This document shows, piece by piece, positions 1 through 8,239 of a DNA stretch of 19,033 nucleotides. Within the stretch, counting starts at the first letter, position 1. Every line of letters begins with the position of its first letter. The notes under the pieces are model-generated. The model had not been told where the DNA came from. It saw only the letters and a list, made by a program, of their open reading frames with translations, and made no database searches. Source of the stretch: a virus (lineage: Duplodnaviria > Heunggongvirae > Uroviricota > Caudoviricetes); the IMG/VR virus record IMGVR_UViG_2802429219_000005. One strand, given 5' to 3'. The position numbers and the translations under genes are program-made.

Positions 1-66
1 ATGTAAAAGTCCTCTCTGCTCAGCATGTTGATGTCCTTTCTGGTGTGAGAACCTTAAGGAAACAAC

Positions 67-201
67 ATGTTGGGTGGAGCGGACAATCCAAATGGTGAAT
101 TACCGTCTTATATCACTGGCGCTGACAAAGATGATCGCCATCCTGGCTGTCCGGTATTTGCTGGTATGAAATTGCCGGAAGGCGCGGTTGTTACTGAGTA
201 A
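67..201 (+). CDS. hypothetical small protein (44 aa), upstream of cos
   Basis: ATG at 67 preceded by AAGGAAA (55-61) at good spacing; stop TAA 199-201; followed by a 7-bp GC hairpin (213-219/229-235). Translation MLGGADNPNGELPSYITGADKDDRHPGCPVFAGMKLPEGAVVTE. No family recognised; too short for the ORF track. Confidence 0.3.
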   Translation: MLGGADNPNGELPSYITGADKDDRHPGCPVFAGMKLPEGAVVTE

Positions 202-439
202 CGGGCATTACAGCAGCCCTTCAGCGAGGGGCTGCGATAATGCAACACAGGAATAAAAACCGGCCAGGGAGAATCCGTTAAAGGTCTGCCGGTGGCGAAA
301 AAGTGCCAGGTGCTCAACCTAAGCTGATTCTCTGTTGAACACAATAATTTTATTTACATCTATGTGAATGCGTAGGGCTTCTGTGATGCACGTCATGTTA
401 ATGATGTATGGATATGCGAATCATTCCCATTTTCACGGG

Positions 440-488
440 TCCTTTCCAGAATCTGAAATACCGAGGGTCTGGGGACGCGCAAAAACGC
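440..488. other. cosN region (approximate position of the terminase nicking site)
   Basis: Window 488-540 (CGCTATTTATGAAAATTTTC...CCGTTCTTCTTC) nearly matches lambda left-end bases about 23-65 as recalled. Extrapolating places the nick site near 460-488, but the sequence there (GGTCTGGGGACGCGCAAAAACGCG) differs from lambda GGGCGGCGACCT, so exact ends cannot be called. Confidence 0.5.
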
Positions 489-637
489 GCTATTTATGAA
501 AATTTTCAGGGAAAAAGCAGATCCGTTCTTCTTCTGGCTAACCTGTTGTGTAATAAAATTTTCTTGAGAAAAAGAAAGGATCTGGTAGCGGTGATTTTTC
601 GCTGAAAAAAGCGTTTTGAGATCCTTTCTTCTTTTTG
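489..637. promoter_or_regulatory. cosB-like terminase binding region: three R repeats (R3 519-534, inverted R2 568-585, R1 619-634) with an AT-rich IHF-like spacer
   Basis: Direct repeats AGATCCGTTCTTCTTC (519-534) and AGATCCTTTCTTCTTT (619-634), plus inverted copy AAGAAAGGATCT (572-583). AT-rich spacer TAATAAAATTTTCTTGAG between R3 and R2. Palindrome GAAAATTTTC at 499-508. Lies immediately upstream of Nu1, as in lambda. Confidence 0.75.
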
Positions 638-652
638 TGAGGAATATGTGCC

Positions 653-1201
653 GTGAAGGTTAACAAAAAGAAACTAGCGGAAATTTTTGAGTGCGATGTC
701 AGAACAATCACTGGCTGGCAAAGTCAGGGGCTGAGAGTTTTGTCGGGGGGAGGCAAAGGTATCGAGGCCATGTTCAATACAGCAGAAGCCATTGAGTGGT
801 ATGCGCAGCGGGAAAAAGATATCGAAAACGAAAAGCTCCGCAAAGAACTGGAAGATTTGCGTGCGGCTGCAGAATCAGATTTACAACCCGGCACCATTGA
901 CTATGAACGCTACCGGCTCACCAAAGCACAGGCTGACGCACAGGAGCTGAAAAATGCCCGTGAAGAAGGGCTGGTGCTGGAAACGGAATTGTTTACCTTC
1001 ATTCTGCAACGTGTGGCACAGGAGATTTCGGGGATACTTGTACGTGTGCCGCTGACATTACAGCGTAAATATCCGGATATTTCACCATCACACCTTGATG
1101 TGGTGAAAACTGAAATCGCGAAAGCCTCCAATGTTGCAGCTAAAGCCGGTGAAAACGTGGGCAGGTGGATTGATGATTTCAGACGCACAGAAGGCAGCTA
1201 A
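653..1201 (+). CDS. nu1: terminase small subunit, lambda Nu1-like
   Basis: 182 aa, GTG start. [12 protein letters not shown]...GGGKG...[14 protein letters not shown]...[27 protein letters not shown] aligns along its length with recalled lambda Nu1 (MEVNKKQLADIF...IENEKLRREVEELR...[27 protein letters not shown]). SD-like GAGGAA at 638-643. Confidence 0.92.
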   Translation: MKVNKKKLAEIFECDVRTITGWQSQGLRVLSGGGKGIEAMFNTAEAIEWYAQREKDIENEKLRKELEDLRAAAESDLQPGTIDYERYRLTKAQADAQELKNAREEGLVLETELFTFILQRVAQEISGILVRVPLTLQRKYPDISPSHLDVVKTEIAKASNVAAKAGENVGRWIDDFRRTEGS

Positions 1202-3089
1202 TGCAGCCGGTGCGATAGCTACAGGGCTTTTATCTCTCAATATTCCGGTTCCACTGACGACGGTTCAGTGGGCTGATCAACATTATTATCTGCCGAAAGA
1301 ATCTTCATACACTCCCGGACAATGGGAAACCCTGCCGTTTCAGGTTGCCATTATGAACAGCATGGGAAATGACCGGATCCGCACCGTTAATCTGATTAAA
1401 TCGGCGCGCGTTGGTTACACCAAAATGCTGTTGGGGGTGGAGGCTTATTTTATTGAGCATAAATCCCGTAACAGTCTGCTTTTTCAGCCAACAGATTCTG
1501 CGGCAGAAGATTTCATGAAATCTCATGTTGAGCCAACGATCAGGGATGTCCCTGCATTGCTGGAGCTGGCTCCATGGTACGGAAGAAAGCACCGCGATAA
1601 TACACTTACCCTGAAGCGTTTTTCCTCCGGCGTGGGGTTCTGGTGCCTGGGCGGTGCCGCAGCTAAAAACTACCGTGAAAAATCTGTGGATGTGGTCTGC
1701 TATGACGAACTCTCCTCGTTTGAACCGGATGTGGAAAAAGAAGGCTCGCCGACGCTGCTTGGCGATAAACGTATCGAAGGCTCGGTATGGCCTAAATCCA
1801 TACGCGGCTCAACGCCGAAAATTAAAGGCTCCTGCCAGATTGAGAAAGCCGCGAATGAATCTGCGCATTTCATGCGGTTTTATGTCCCTTGCCCTCATTG
1901 CGGGGAGGCCCAGTATCTGAAGTTTGGCGATGATGCGACGCCGTTTGGCCTGAAATGGGAGAAGGGTAAACCGGAAACGGTGTATTACCTGTGTGAACAT
2001 AATGGCTGTGTGATCCGGCAGTCGGAACTTGACCAGACCGACGGGCGCTGGATTTGTGACAATACCGGGATGTGGACGCGCGACGGCCTGGCATTTTACA
2101 GCGCCGGTGATGAGGAGATGCCGCCACCGCGCTCAATCACGTACCACGTGTGGACAGCGTACAGTCCGTTCACCACCTGGGTACAGATTGTTTATGACTG
2201 GCTGGATGCGCTGAAGGATCCGAACGGTGTTAAGACGTTTATTAACACCACGCTCGGGGAGCCCTATGAAGAGGCCGTGGCAGAAAAACTGAGCTTTGAG
2301 TTGTTGCTGGAAAAAGTCTGCCACTATGGTGCGCAGGTTCCCCTGCGGGTGGTTTACCTGACCGCCGGGATCGACTCCCAGAAAGATCGCTATGAAATTT
2401 ATGTCTGGGGCTGGGCTCCCGGCGAAGAAGCCTTTCTGATTGATAAGCAAATTATCATGGGGCGACCGGAAGACGAGGACACCCTTAAACGTGTTGATAC
2501 GGTGATCCGGAAAAAATATCGTCATGCTGACGGTACTGAAATTTCCATTTCCCGTGTCTGCTGGGATACCGGTGGTATCGACCAGGACATTGTGTATCAG
2601 CGTTCCAGGAAACACGGCACTTTTTTTGTGCTTCCCATAAAAGGGGCATCGGTGTACGGCAAGCCGGTGATCACCATGCCCAAAAAGCGCAACCAGCGTG
2701 GTGTGTTTTTGTGTGAGGTGGGCTCCGATACCGTCAAGGAAATGCTGTACGCCCGTTTTGCCCTGCCAGTGGTCTCTGTCAGTGAAGCCGCCCCGTATAC
2801 CTTCCGTTTTCCGGATAACCCCGACATTTTTTCGGAAGAAGAGGCGCGTCAGATCGTGGCGGAAGAGCTGGTGGAGAAGGTGGTTAATGGCAGGGTGAAA
2901 CTGCTGTGGGATAAAAAAGGGCGACGCAACGAAGCCCTCGACTGCCTGGTATATGCCTATGCTGCCCTGCGTATTTCAGTTCAGCGGTGGCAGCTGGATC
3001 TTGAAGCACTGGCCCGTGCCAGAAGAGATGAGCAGGACGACGATGAGATGAGTCTGGAAGAAATCGCGGCTGCACTGAGTGGAGGATAA
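1173..3089 (+). CDS. A: terminase large subunit, lambda gpA-like
   Basis: Long ORF with strong similarity to recalled lambda gpA ([64 protein letters not shown]-terminal [19 protein letters not shown]). Start chosen at in-frame ATG 1173, giving the same N-terminal length as lambda and a 29-nt overlap with Nu1, as in lambda; the ORF track starts further upstream at 1131. Confidence 0.93.
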   Translation: MISDAQKAANAAGAIATGLLSLNIPVPLTTVQWADQHYYLPKESSYTPGQWETLPFQVAIMNSMGNDRIRTVNLIKSARVGYTKMLLGVEAYFIEHKSRNSLLFQPTDSAAEDFMKSHVEPTIRDVPALLELAPWYGRKHRDNTLTLKRFSSGVGFWCLGGAAAKNYREKSVDVVCYDELSSFEPDVEKEGSPTLLGDKRIEGSVWPKSIRGSTPKIKGSCQIEKAANESAHFMRFYVPCPHCGEAQYLKFGDDATPFGLKWEKGKPETVYYLCEHNGCVIRQSELDQTDGRWICDNTGMWTRDGLAFYSAGDEEMPPPRSITYHVWTAYSPFTTWVQIVYDWLDALKDPNGVKTFINTTLGEPYEEAVAEKLSFELLLEKVCHYGAQVPLRVVYLTAGIDSQKDRYEIYVWGWAPGEEAFLIDKQIIMGRPEDEDTLKRVDTVIRKKYRHADGTEISISRVCWDTGGIDQDIVYQRSRKHGTFFVLPIKGASVYGKPVITMPKKRNQRGVFLCEVGSDTVKEMLYARFALPVVSVSEAAPYTFRFPDNPDIFSEEEARQIVAEELVEKVVNGRVKLLWDKKGRRNEALDCLVYAYAALRISVQRWQLDLEALARARRDEQDDDEMSLEEIAAALSGG

Positions 3090-3092
3090 AGA

Positions 3093-3302
3093 ATGGTTTA
3101 TACGCATGAAATGCTTTGTGATGCCCGTCGGGCATTACATGAACTGATGATCGGACGTGCTGTGGTTTCCGTCAGTAAGGACGGGCGTCAGGTTCAGTAT
3201 TCGCGGGCGACGATTGGTGAACTACGCCAGTATATTAAAGAGCTGGAAAGTGCGCTGGGCGTATCCGGACGGCGTTGTGCCCCGGCAGGAGTGGGGCTGT
3301 GA
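3093..3302 (+). CDS. W: head-tail joining protein, lambda gpW-like
   Basis: 69 aa. ARRALHELMIGRAVVSVSKDGRQVQYSRATIGELRQYIKELE...RRCAPAG resembles recalled lambda W ([26 protein letters not shown]...LKKYIAELE...RRRGPAG). GGAGGA at 3079-3084 upstream of the ATG. Confidence 0.85.
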   Translation: MVYTHEMLCDARRALHELMIGRAVVSVSKDGRQVQYSRATIGELRQYIKELESALGVSGRRCAPAGVGL

Positions 3303-4870
3303 ACGGGGAACTGGTGGATCTGCACGGGCAGCCATTGCGGCAGAGTATGGGATATTCCGGAGGGGGTACCGGATTTGGCGGGCAGCTTGCGGAATGGTTG
3401 CCTGCACCGGAAAGTGCCGATGTGGCGCTCTTACCTTCCATTCAGCTGGGTAACGCCCGTGCGGATGATCTGGTCCGTAACAACGGTATTGCCGCAAATG
3501 CAGTGGAAATTCATAAAGACCATATCGTCGGGCACATGTTTCGCCTGAGCTACCGGCCCAACTGGCGCTGGCTGGGGATGTCGGAAGCTGATTCGCATGC
3601 CTTTATTGAAGATGTGGAGGCGGCGTGGATGGAATATTGCGATCCTGTGTTTGGTTCGATGGATGTGGAGGGGCGTCGCTCGTTTACCGAATTTATTCGT
3701 GAAGGGGTGGGCGTTCATACGTTTAACGGTGAAATTTTTGTCCAGCCCGTATGGGATACGGAATCCACGTCATTATTCCGGACGAAATTCAAGACCATCA
3801 GCCCGAAACGTGTCAGTACGCCCGTTTATGGCATCGGCGATCGTTTTATGCGTGCCGGGGTGGAAATCAACCGGTACGGAAAAGCACTGGCCTACCATGT
3901 TCAGGAAGATGACTGGCCCGGTTACGGTGTCAGCAACTGGACGCGGATTGCGGCGACGCTGCCCTCCGGGCGACCGGGAATGATCCATGTGTTTCAGCCG
4001 CAGGAGGACGGGCAGACGCGCGGGGCCAACCAGTTTTATTCTGTCATGGAGCGCCTCAAGATGCTCGACACACTGCAGGCCACGCAACTGCAGTCGGCGG
4101 TGGTGCGGGCGATGTATGCCGCGACGATTGAATCCACACTGGATTCGGAAAAAGCATTTGAATATATCGCCGGGGTGGGAGACGGCGGAAAAAATCCCCT
4201 GAACACCATCATGAAAGGCTATGCGCGTTATTACGCCACCAATACGGTAAAACTGGGCGGGGTCCGTATTCCGCATCTTTACCCGGGGGATTCACTGAAT
4301 CTGCAGACAGCGCAGAATGCAGATAATGGTTTCTCTGAACTGGAAAAGGCGCTGTTACGTTACATTGCTGCCGGGCTGGGGGTGTCCTATGAACAGCTTT
4401 CCCGTGATTATTCACAGGTCAGTTATTCCAGTGCCAGGGCATCCGCCAATGAGTCGTGGCGGTATTTTATGGGCAAACGAAAATTTGTGGCCAGTCGACT
4501 GGCATCACAGATGTTTGCCTGCTGGCTGGAGGAAGCTCTTATTCGCGGTGTGATTCGCCCGCCGAAATCCCGTTTTTCATTCTGGGAGGCCCGTTCCGGA
4601 TGGTGTCGTGCCGAGTGGATTGGTGCCGGTCGCATGGCGATTGATGGCCTTAAGGAAGTGCAGGAAGCGGTGATGCGTATTGAAGGTGGTTTAAGCACGT
4701 ACGAGAAAGAGCTGGCCCTGATGGGCGATGACTATCAGGAGATTTTCCGCCAGCAACTGCGTGAAAGCCAGGAGCGACAGGCAGCGGGTCTTCCCCGCCC
4801 CATCTGGATAAAGGACACGTTTCAGCAGCAGATCCGACAGACAACGGGAGAAAAAGGTGATGCGTCGTAA
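3299..4870 (+). CDS. B: portal protein, lambda gpB-like
   Basis: About 524 aa. GGGTGFGGQL, LLPSIQLGNARADDLVRNNGIAANAVEIHKDHIVG match recalled lambda B. Start placed at in-frame GTG 3299, which overlaps the W stop as GTGA and follows AGGAG at 3286-3290; the ORF track start at ATG 3275 is the alternative. Confidence 0.9.
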   Translation: MNGELVDLHGQPLRQSMGYSGGGTGFGGQLAEWLPAPESADVALLPSIQLGNARADDLVRNNGIAANAVEIHKDHIVGHMFRLSYRPNWRWLGMSEADSHAFIEDVEAAWMEYCDPVFGSMDVEGRRSFTEFIREGVGVHTFNGEIFVQPVWDTESTSLFRTKFKTISPKRVSTPVYGIGDRFMRAGVEINRYGKALAYHVQEDDWPGYGVSNWTRIAATLPSGRPGMIHVFQPQEDGQTRGANQFYSVMERLKMLDTLQATQLQSAVVRAMYAATIESTLDSEKAFEYIAGVGDGGKNPLNTIMKGYARYYATNTVKLGGVRIPHLYPGDSLNLQTAQNADNGFSELEKALLRYIAAGLGVSYEQLSRDYSQVSYSSARASANESWRYFMGKRKFVASRLASQMFACWLEEALIRGVIRPPKSRFSFWEARSGWCRAEWIGAGRMAIDGLKEVQEAVMRIEGGLSTYEKELALMGDDYQEIFRQQLRESQERQAAGLPRPIWIKDTFQQQIRQTTGEKGDAS

Positions 4871-6338
4871 TTTATCGCATATTGCCGCCATGGCATTTAA
4901 TGAGCCGCTTTTACTGGAACCCGCCTATGCGCGGGTTTTCTTTTGCGCGCTGGGTAAAGAGATAGGGGCCGGCAGTCTTGCCGTTCCTCAGCAGGCTGTT
5001 CAGCTTGATGCTGATGGTATGCAACTGGCTGTGACTGACTATATGGCGGGCGGTCAGCGTCCGGCGAAGAGTTACCAGGTGAAGAATGGCATTGCCATTC
5101 TTCCGGTGAGCGGCACGCTGGTGCATAAACTGGGTACCCTGCGGCCTTACTCCGGCATGACAGGCTATGACGGTCTGACTGCTCGTCTTCAGATGGCGGT
5201 GAATGATCCGGATGTGCGCGGCATTTTGCTGGATATCGACAGCCCGGGCGGTCAGGCTGCCGGGGCGTTTGACTGTGCTGACATGATTTACCGTCTGCGG
5301 GAACAGAAGCCCGTGTGGGCGCTGTGTAATGACATGGCCTGTTCAGCCGCCATGTTGGTGGCGGCAGCCTGTACGCGTCGGCTGGTCACACAGACGGCAA
5401 AAATTGGTTCGATTGGCGTGATGATGGCGCACACCAGTTACGAGAAACAACTGGCACAGGAAGGGGTGGACATCACGCTGATTTACTCCGGGCAGCACAA
5501 GGTTGACGGCAACAGTATTCAGGCATTGCCGGCAGGTGTGCGTGCAGATTTTCAGCGCCGTATTGATGAGACCCGCCGGATGTTTGTCGACAAGGTGGCG
5601 CTTTATACGGGGCTGAGTTCAGAGGCGGTGATGAATACCGAGGCTGCCGTTTATGACGGTCAGGCAGGCATTGATGCAGGCCTGGCTGATCAACTGATTA
5701 ATGCTGCAGATGCCGTTGAAGTGATGGTTTCTGCACTGAATGACTCTGTTACGAAGGAGAATGCAATGACTGTTAAAAATCTCACCGTTGCTGAAGCGGT
5801 GGCCCAGGAAAATCAGCGCGTGATGGGGATCCTGAATTGTCAGGAGGCGAAAGGGCGCGAGCAACTGGCGCAAATGCTGGCAGGTCAGCTAGGAATGACG
5901 GTTGAGCAGGCGAAAGCGTTTCTGGCGGCAGCCCCTGCTGCCAGTGCTGCAGGCACAGGCGATCAGATTATGGCGTTGCCGGAAGCAAAAGGGCGTGAAC
6001 AACTCGCGCAGGCGCTGGCTGAACAGCCGGGAATGACCGTTGACCAGGCAAAAACGTTACTGGCGGCGGCACCGGTTGCTGGTTCTGCAAGTGTCGGCGA
6101 TCAGATTATGGCACTGCCCGAGGCGAAAGGGCGCGAGCAACTTGCACAGGCGCTGGCAGAACAACCGGGAATGACGGTGGCGCAGGCGAAAACGTTGCTG
6201 GCAGCCGCACCGGCGGCATCGCAACCGTCACAGGAAACACTTTTTGATCGCTTTATGGCACAGCATGCCACCAGTTCGGTTTCCGGTGGCGGAACTGCCG
6301 GGCGCGGGGAAGAAGACCTGCTGATGAGTATGCCGTAA
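4857..6338 (+). CDS. C: head maturation protease / minor capsid protein, lambda gpC-like, with C-terminal scaffold region containing a triplicated repeat
   Basis: 493 aa. N-terminus RNLSHIAAMAFNEPLLLEPAYARVFFCAL matches recalled lambda C (RNLPHIASMAFNEPLMLEPAYARVFFCAL). About 54 aa longer than lambda C (439 aa as recalled), roughly one extra repeat unit. Start at 4857 (GTG) or 4860 (ATG). Confidence 0.9.
   Translation: MMRRNLSHIAAMAFNEPLLLEPAYARVFFCALGKEIGAGSLAVPQQAVQLDADGMQLAVTDYMAGGQRPAKSYQVKNGIAILPVSGTLVHKLGTLRPYSGMTGYDGLTARLQMAVNDPDVRGILLDIDSPGGQAAGAFDCADMIYRLREQKPVWALCNDMACSAAMLVAAACTRRLVTQTAKIGSIGVMMAHTSYEKQLAQEGVDITLIYSGQHKVDGNSIQALPAGVRADFQRRIDETRRMFVDKVALYTGLSSEAVMNTEAAVYDGQAGIDAGLADQLINAADAVEVMVSALNDSVTKENAMTVKNLTVAEAVAQENQRVMGILNCQEAKGREQLAQMLAGQLGMTVEQAKAFLAAAPAASAAGTGDQIMALPEAKGREQLAQALAEQPGMTVDQAKTLLAAAPVAGSASVGDQIMALPEAKGREQLAQALAEQPGMTVAQAKTLLAAAPAASQPSQETLFDRFMAQHATSSVSGGGTAGRGEEDLLMSMP
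5766..6338 (+). CDS. nu3: putative Nu3-like scaffolding protein from an internal in-frame start within C
   Basis: In-frame ATG at 5766 preceded by AAGGAG (5754-5759) at 6 nt spacing. Product (190 aa) is Ala/Gln/Glu-rich and contains the three tandem repeats. Lambda Nu3 is likewise nested in frame in the 3' part of C. Inferred from signals and precedent only. Confidence 0.45.
   Translation: MTVKNLTVAEAVAQENQRVMGILNCQEAKGREQLAQMLAGQLGMTVEQAKAFLAAAPAASAAGTGDQIMALPEAKGREQLAQALAEQPGMTVDQAKTLLAAAPVAGSASVGDQIMALPEAKGREQLAQALAEQPGMTVAQAKTLLAAAPAASQPSQETLFDRFMAQHATSSVSGGGTAGRGEEDLLMSMP
5832..6245 (+). repeat. three tandem, in-frame 138-nt (46-aa) repeats inside C/Nu3 (copies start about 5832, 5970, 6108)
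   Basis: Protein repeats (M)ALPEAKGREQLAQALAEQPGMTV(D/A)QAKTLLAAAP...GDQI. The DNA copies differ at many synonymous positions (gggcgcgagcaactggcg / gggcgtgaacaactcgcg / gggcgcgagcaacttgca), so this is not a recent slippage event. Confidence 0.85.
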
Positions 6339-6377
6339 GCGGTATCCGGAATTCAGATAAATCAGGAGACTGAAAAA

Positions 6378-6713
6378 ATGATTAAAACCACCACGGAAAA
6401 GCGTGCAGATGTGCGCATTTTTGCCGGAAGCGATCCGGCGCATACCGCAACAGCCACCAGTGGTATCAGTGCTGCCACACCTGCACTGACGCCACTGATG
6501 GTGGATGACGCCACCGGAAAACTGGTTGTCTGGGATGGTCAGAAAGCCGGAACGGCTGTGGGGGTGCTGGCTCTGGCGCTTGCCGGGACCGAGCCCACGC
6601 TGACGTACTACAAAAGCGGTACGTTTGCCACTGAGTCGCTGGTCTGGCCTGGTTCGGTGGATGCGGTGAAAAAAGCCAACGCATTTGTGGGAAGTGCCAT
6701 CAGCCACGCCTGA
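6378..6713 (+). CDS. D: head decoration protein, lambda gpD-like
   Basis: 111 aa. SDPAHTATA...TPLM...KLVVWDG...YKSGTF...AFVGSAIS matches recalled lambda D (110 aa). SD AGGAG at 6363-6367. Confidence 0.9.
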   Translation: MIKTTTEKRADVRIFAGSDPAHTATATSGISAATPALTPLMVDDATGKLVVWDGQKAGTAVGVLALALAGTEPTLTYYKSGTFATESLVWPGSVDAVKKANAFVGSAISHA

Positions 6714-6735
6714 TGGTGAAGTGATTAACTGAAAA

Positions 6736-6767
6736 AACGGGTCGCGATGCGGCCCGTTTGTGTTTCT
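6736..6767 (+). terminator. intergenic stem-loop with U-rich tail between D and E (terminator-like or mRNA-stabilising hairpin)
   Basis: 10-bp stem AACGGGTCGC / GCGGCCCGTT (6736-6745 / 6749-6758, one G-U pair), 3-nt loop, followed by TGTGTTTCT. Confidence 0.4.
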
Positions 6768-6782
6768 GAAGGAAAATAAATT

Positions 6783-7811
6783 ATGGGGTTATTTACCACG
6801 CGTCAGTTACTCGGGTACACCGAGCAGAAAGTGAAATTTCGTGCGCTGTTTCTTGAGCTGTTCTTTCGTCGCACGATCACTTTCCATACTCAGGAAGTCA
6901 TGCTGGATAAAATTACCGGCAAAACACCGGTTGCGGCGTATGTGTCTCCGGTGGTGTCAGGCAAAGTGCTGCGCAGCCGTGGTGGTGAAACCCGCGTGTT
7001 ACGTCCCGGTTATGTAAAACCAAAACACCGCTTTGATTATCAGCAGGCTGTAGAACGTCTTCCGGGGGAAGATCCGGCCCGCCTTAATGACCCGGCTTAC
7101 CGCCGTCTGCGTATTCTGACGGACAATCTGAAACAGGAAGAGCAGGCGATTGTGCAGGTGGAAGAAATGCAGGCAGTCAGTGCTGTTCTGCAGGGTAAAT
7201 ACACCATGAGCGGCGAGCAGTTTGAGACGGTGGAAGTGGATTTTGGGCGTTCTGCCGCCAATAACATTACGCAGGCTGGCGGACGCGAATGGTCGAAGCA
7301 GAATGCTGATACCTTCGATCCGACGCATGATCTGGATGCGTACTGCGATTTCGCTTCCGGCACCATCAATATCGCGATTATGGACGGCACGGTCTGGCGT
7401 ATGCTGAACGGTTTTAAACTGTTCCGTGAAAAACTGGATACCCGCCGTGGCTCCAAATCTGAGCTGGAAACGGCACTGAAAGACCTGGGCTCCGTGGTTT
7501 CCTTTAAAGGCCATTACGGCGATCTGGCAATTGTGGTGGCGAAGACAACGTATGTTGACGAAAACGGGGATGAACAGCGTTATCTGCCGGAAGGTACACT
7601 GATTCTGGGGAACACTCAGGCGGAAGGCGTCCGTTGTTATGGTGCCATTCAGGATAATCAGGCACTGAGTGAAGGGATCACCTCTGCGATTCGTTATCCG
7701 AAACACTGGGAGGAAGTGGGGGATCCTGGTTGCGAATATACCATGACGCAGTCTGCGCCGTTGATGGTGCTGCCGGATCCGGATGCGTTTGTGGTGGTTC
7801 AGGTGAAATAA
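6783..7811 (+). CDS. E: major capsid protein, lambda gpE-like
   Basis: 342 aa. Extensive identity to recalled lambda E: YVSPVVSGKVLRSRGG, PGYVKPKH, AIVQVEEMQAVSAVLQGKYTMSGEQFE, EKLDTRRGSKSELETALKDLG, GDLAIVV, LGNTQAEG, MTQSAPLMVLPDPDAFVVVQ. Confidence 0.95.
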   Translation: MGLFTTRQLLGYTEQKVKFRALFLELFFRRTITFHTQEVMLDKITGKTPVAAYVSPVVSGKVLRSRGGETRVLRPGYVKPKHRFDYQQAVERLPGEDPARLNDPAYRRLRILTDNLKQEEQAIVQVEEMQAVSAVLQGKYTMSGEQFETVEVDFGRSAANNITQAGGREWSKQNADTFDPTHDLDAYCDFASGTINIAIMDGTVWRMLNGFKLFREKLDTRRGSKSELETALKDLGSVVSFKGHYGDLAIVVAKTTYVDENGDEQRYLPEGTLILGNTQAEGVRCYGAIQDNQALSEGITSAIRYPKHWEEVGDPGCEYTMTQSAPLMVLPDPDAFVVVQVK

Positions 7812-7816
7812 GACGG

Positions 7817-7842
7817 GGCGGGATATTCCCGCCTTTTTCTTT
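7817..7842 (+). terminator. rho-independent terminator-like hairpin downstream of the major capsid gene
   Basis: GGCGGGA (7817-7823), loop TAT, TCCCGCC (7827-7833), followed by TTTTTCTTT (7834-7842). Confidence 0.6.
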
Positions 7843-7861
7843 AGCGCACGGGAGAGATGTG

Positions 7862-8239
7862 ATGACAAAAGAGCAGATGACGGAACGCCTTCAGGAACTG
7901 GCAGTGATTCTGGGGCGTGAAGCAGATATTTCAGGTTCAAAAGCCGATCTTGAGCAGCGCCTGGCGGAATGGGAAGAAGAAGCAGAATGTATTCATCAGA
8001 CTGATGAGATTTCTGATGAAATTTCCGAAGTACAGAAAACAGAGAAAGTTACGCAGAATGCAACTGATCTGGTTCGGGTAAGAATGAAAGTGACGGCTCA
8101 CCTTTGTGCTTTTGATGAGCACGGCACCCGCCGGGTGGAATTTGCTCTGGCAGGTCAAATTGTCAGTCTGGAGTCTCATCGCCTTGCCAGCGTCATTGCT
8201 GCCGGAGTGGCTGAGGTTTGCCATGCTGTCGATGTCTGA
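7862..8239 (+). CDS. FI: DNA packaging / head assembly protein, lambda FI-like
   Basis: 125 aa from ATG 7862 (GGAGAG at 7851-7856). N-terminus MTKEQMTERLQELAVILGREADISGSKADLEQRLAEWEEE resembles recalled lambda FI (MTKDELIARLRSLGEQLNRDVSLTGTKEELALRVAELKEE). Position after E is as in lambda. The ORF track starts upstream at 7730, inside E. Confidence 0.8.
   Translation: MTKEQMTERLQELAVILGREADISGSKADLEQRLAEWEEEAECIHQTDEISDEISEVQKTEKVTQNATDLVRVRMKVTAHLCAFDEHGTRRVEFALAGQIVSLESHRLASVIAAGVAEVCHAVDV

Noticed and set aside
1-99. Open frame entering from the left edge and ending at TGA 97-99 (possible 3' end of an upstream gene)
   Set aside because: Only about 32 codons are visible and no family is recognisable. 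It cannot be supported from this window, so it was not listed as a feature.
108-344. 78-aa minus-strand ORF upstream of cos
   Set aside because: Cys/Trp-rich implausible composition, no recognisable ribosome-binding site, and it overlaps the better-supported small plus-strand ORF at 67-201.
408-605. 65-aa plus-strand ORF spanning the cos region
   Set aside because: Overlaps the cosN/cosB DNA signals that are conserved with lambda at nucleotide level; no SD; the open frame is most likely incidental.
2133-2615. 160-aa minus-strand ORF and other short alternative-frame ORFs inside the terminase and portal genes (for example 1654-1920, 3597-3983, 3773-4276)
   Set aside because: All are embedded in genes with strong full-length similarity to lambda A and B; they are by-products of GC-rich coding sequence.
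5832-6245. Possibility that the periodic repeats are a CRISPR array or non-coding satellite
   Set aside because: The repeats are in frame within a continuous ORF, have no unique spacers, and diverge mainly at synonymous positions, so they are a coding repeat.
6999-7940. 313-aa minus-strand ORF
   Set aside because: Lies entirely antisense to the well-supported major capsid gene E and FI. Product is Arg/His/Ile/Phe-rich low-complexity sequence typical of antisense frames, with no SD-supported start seen.
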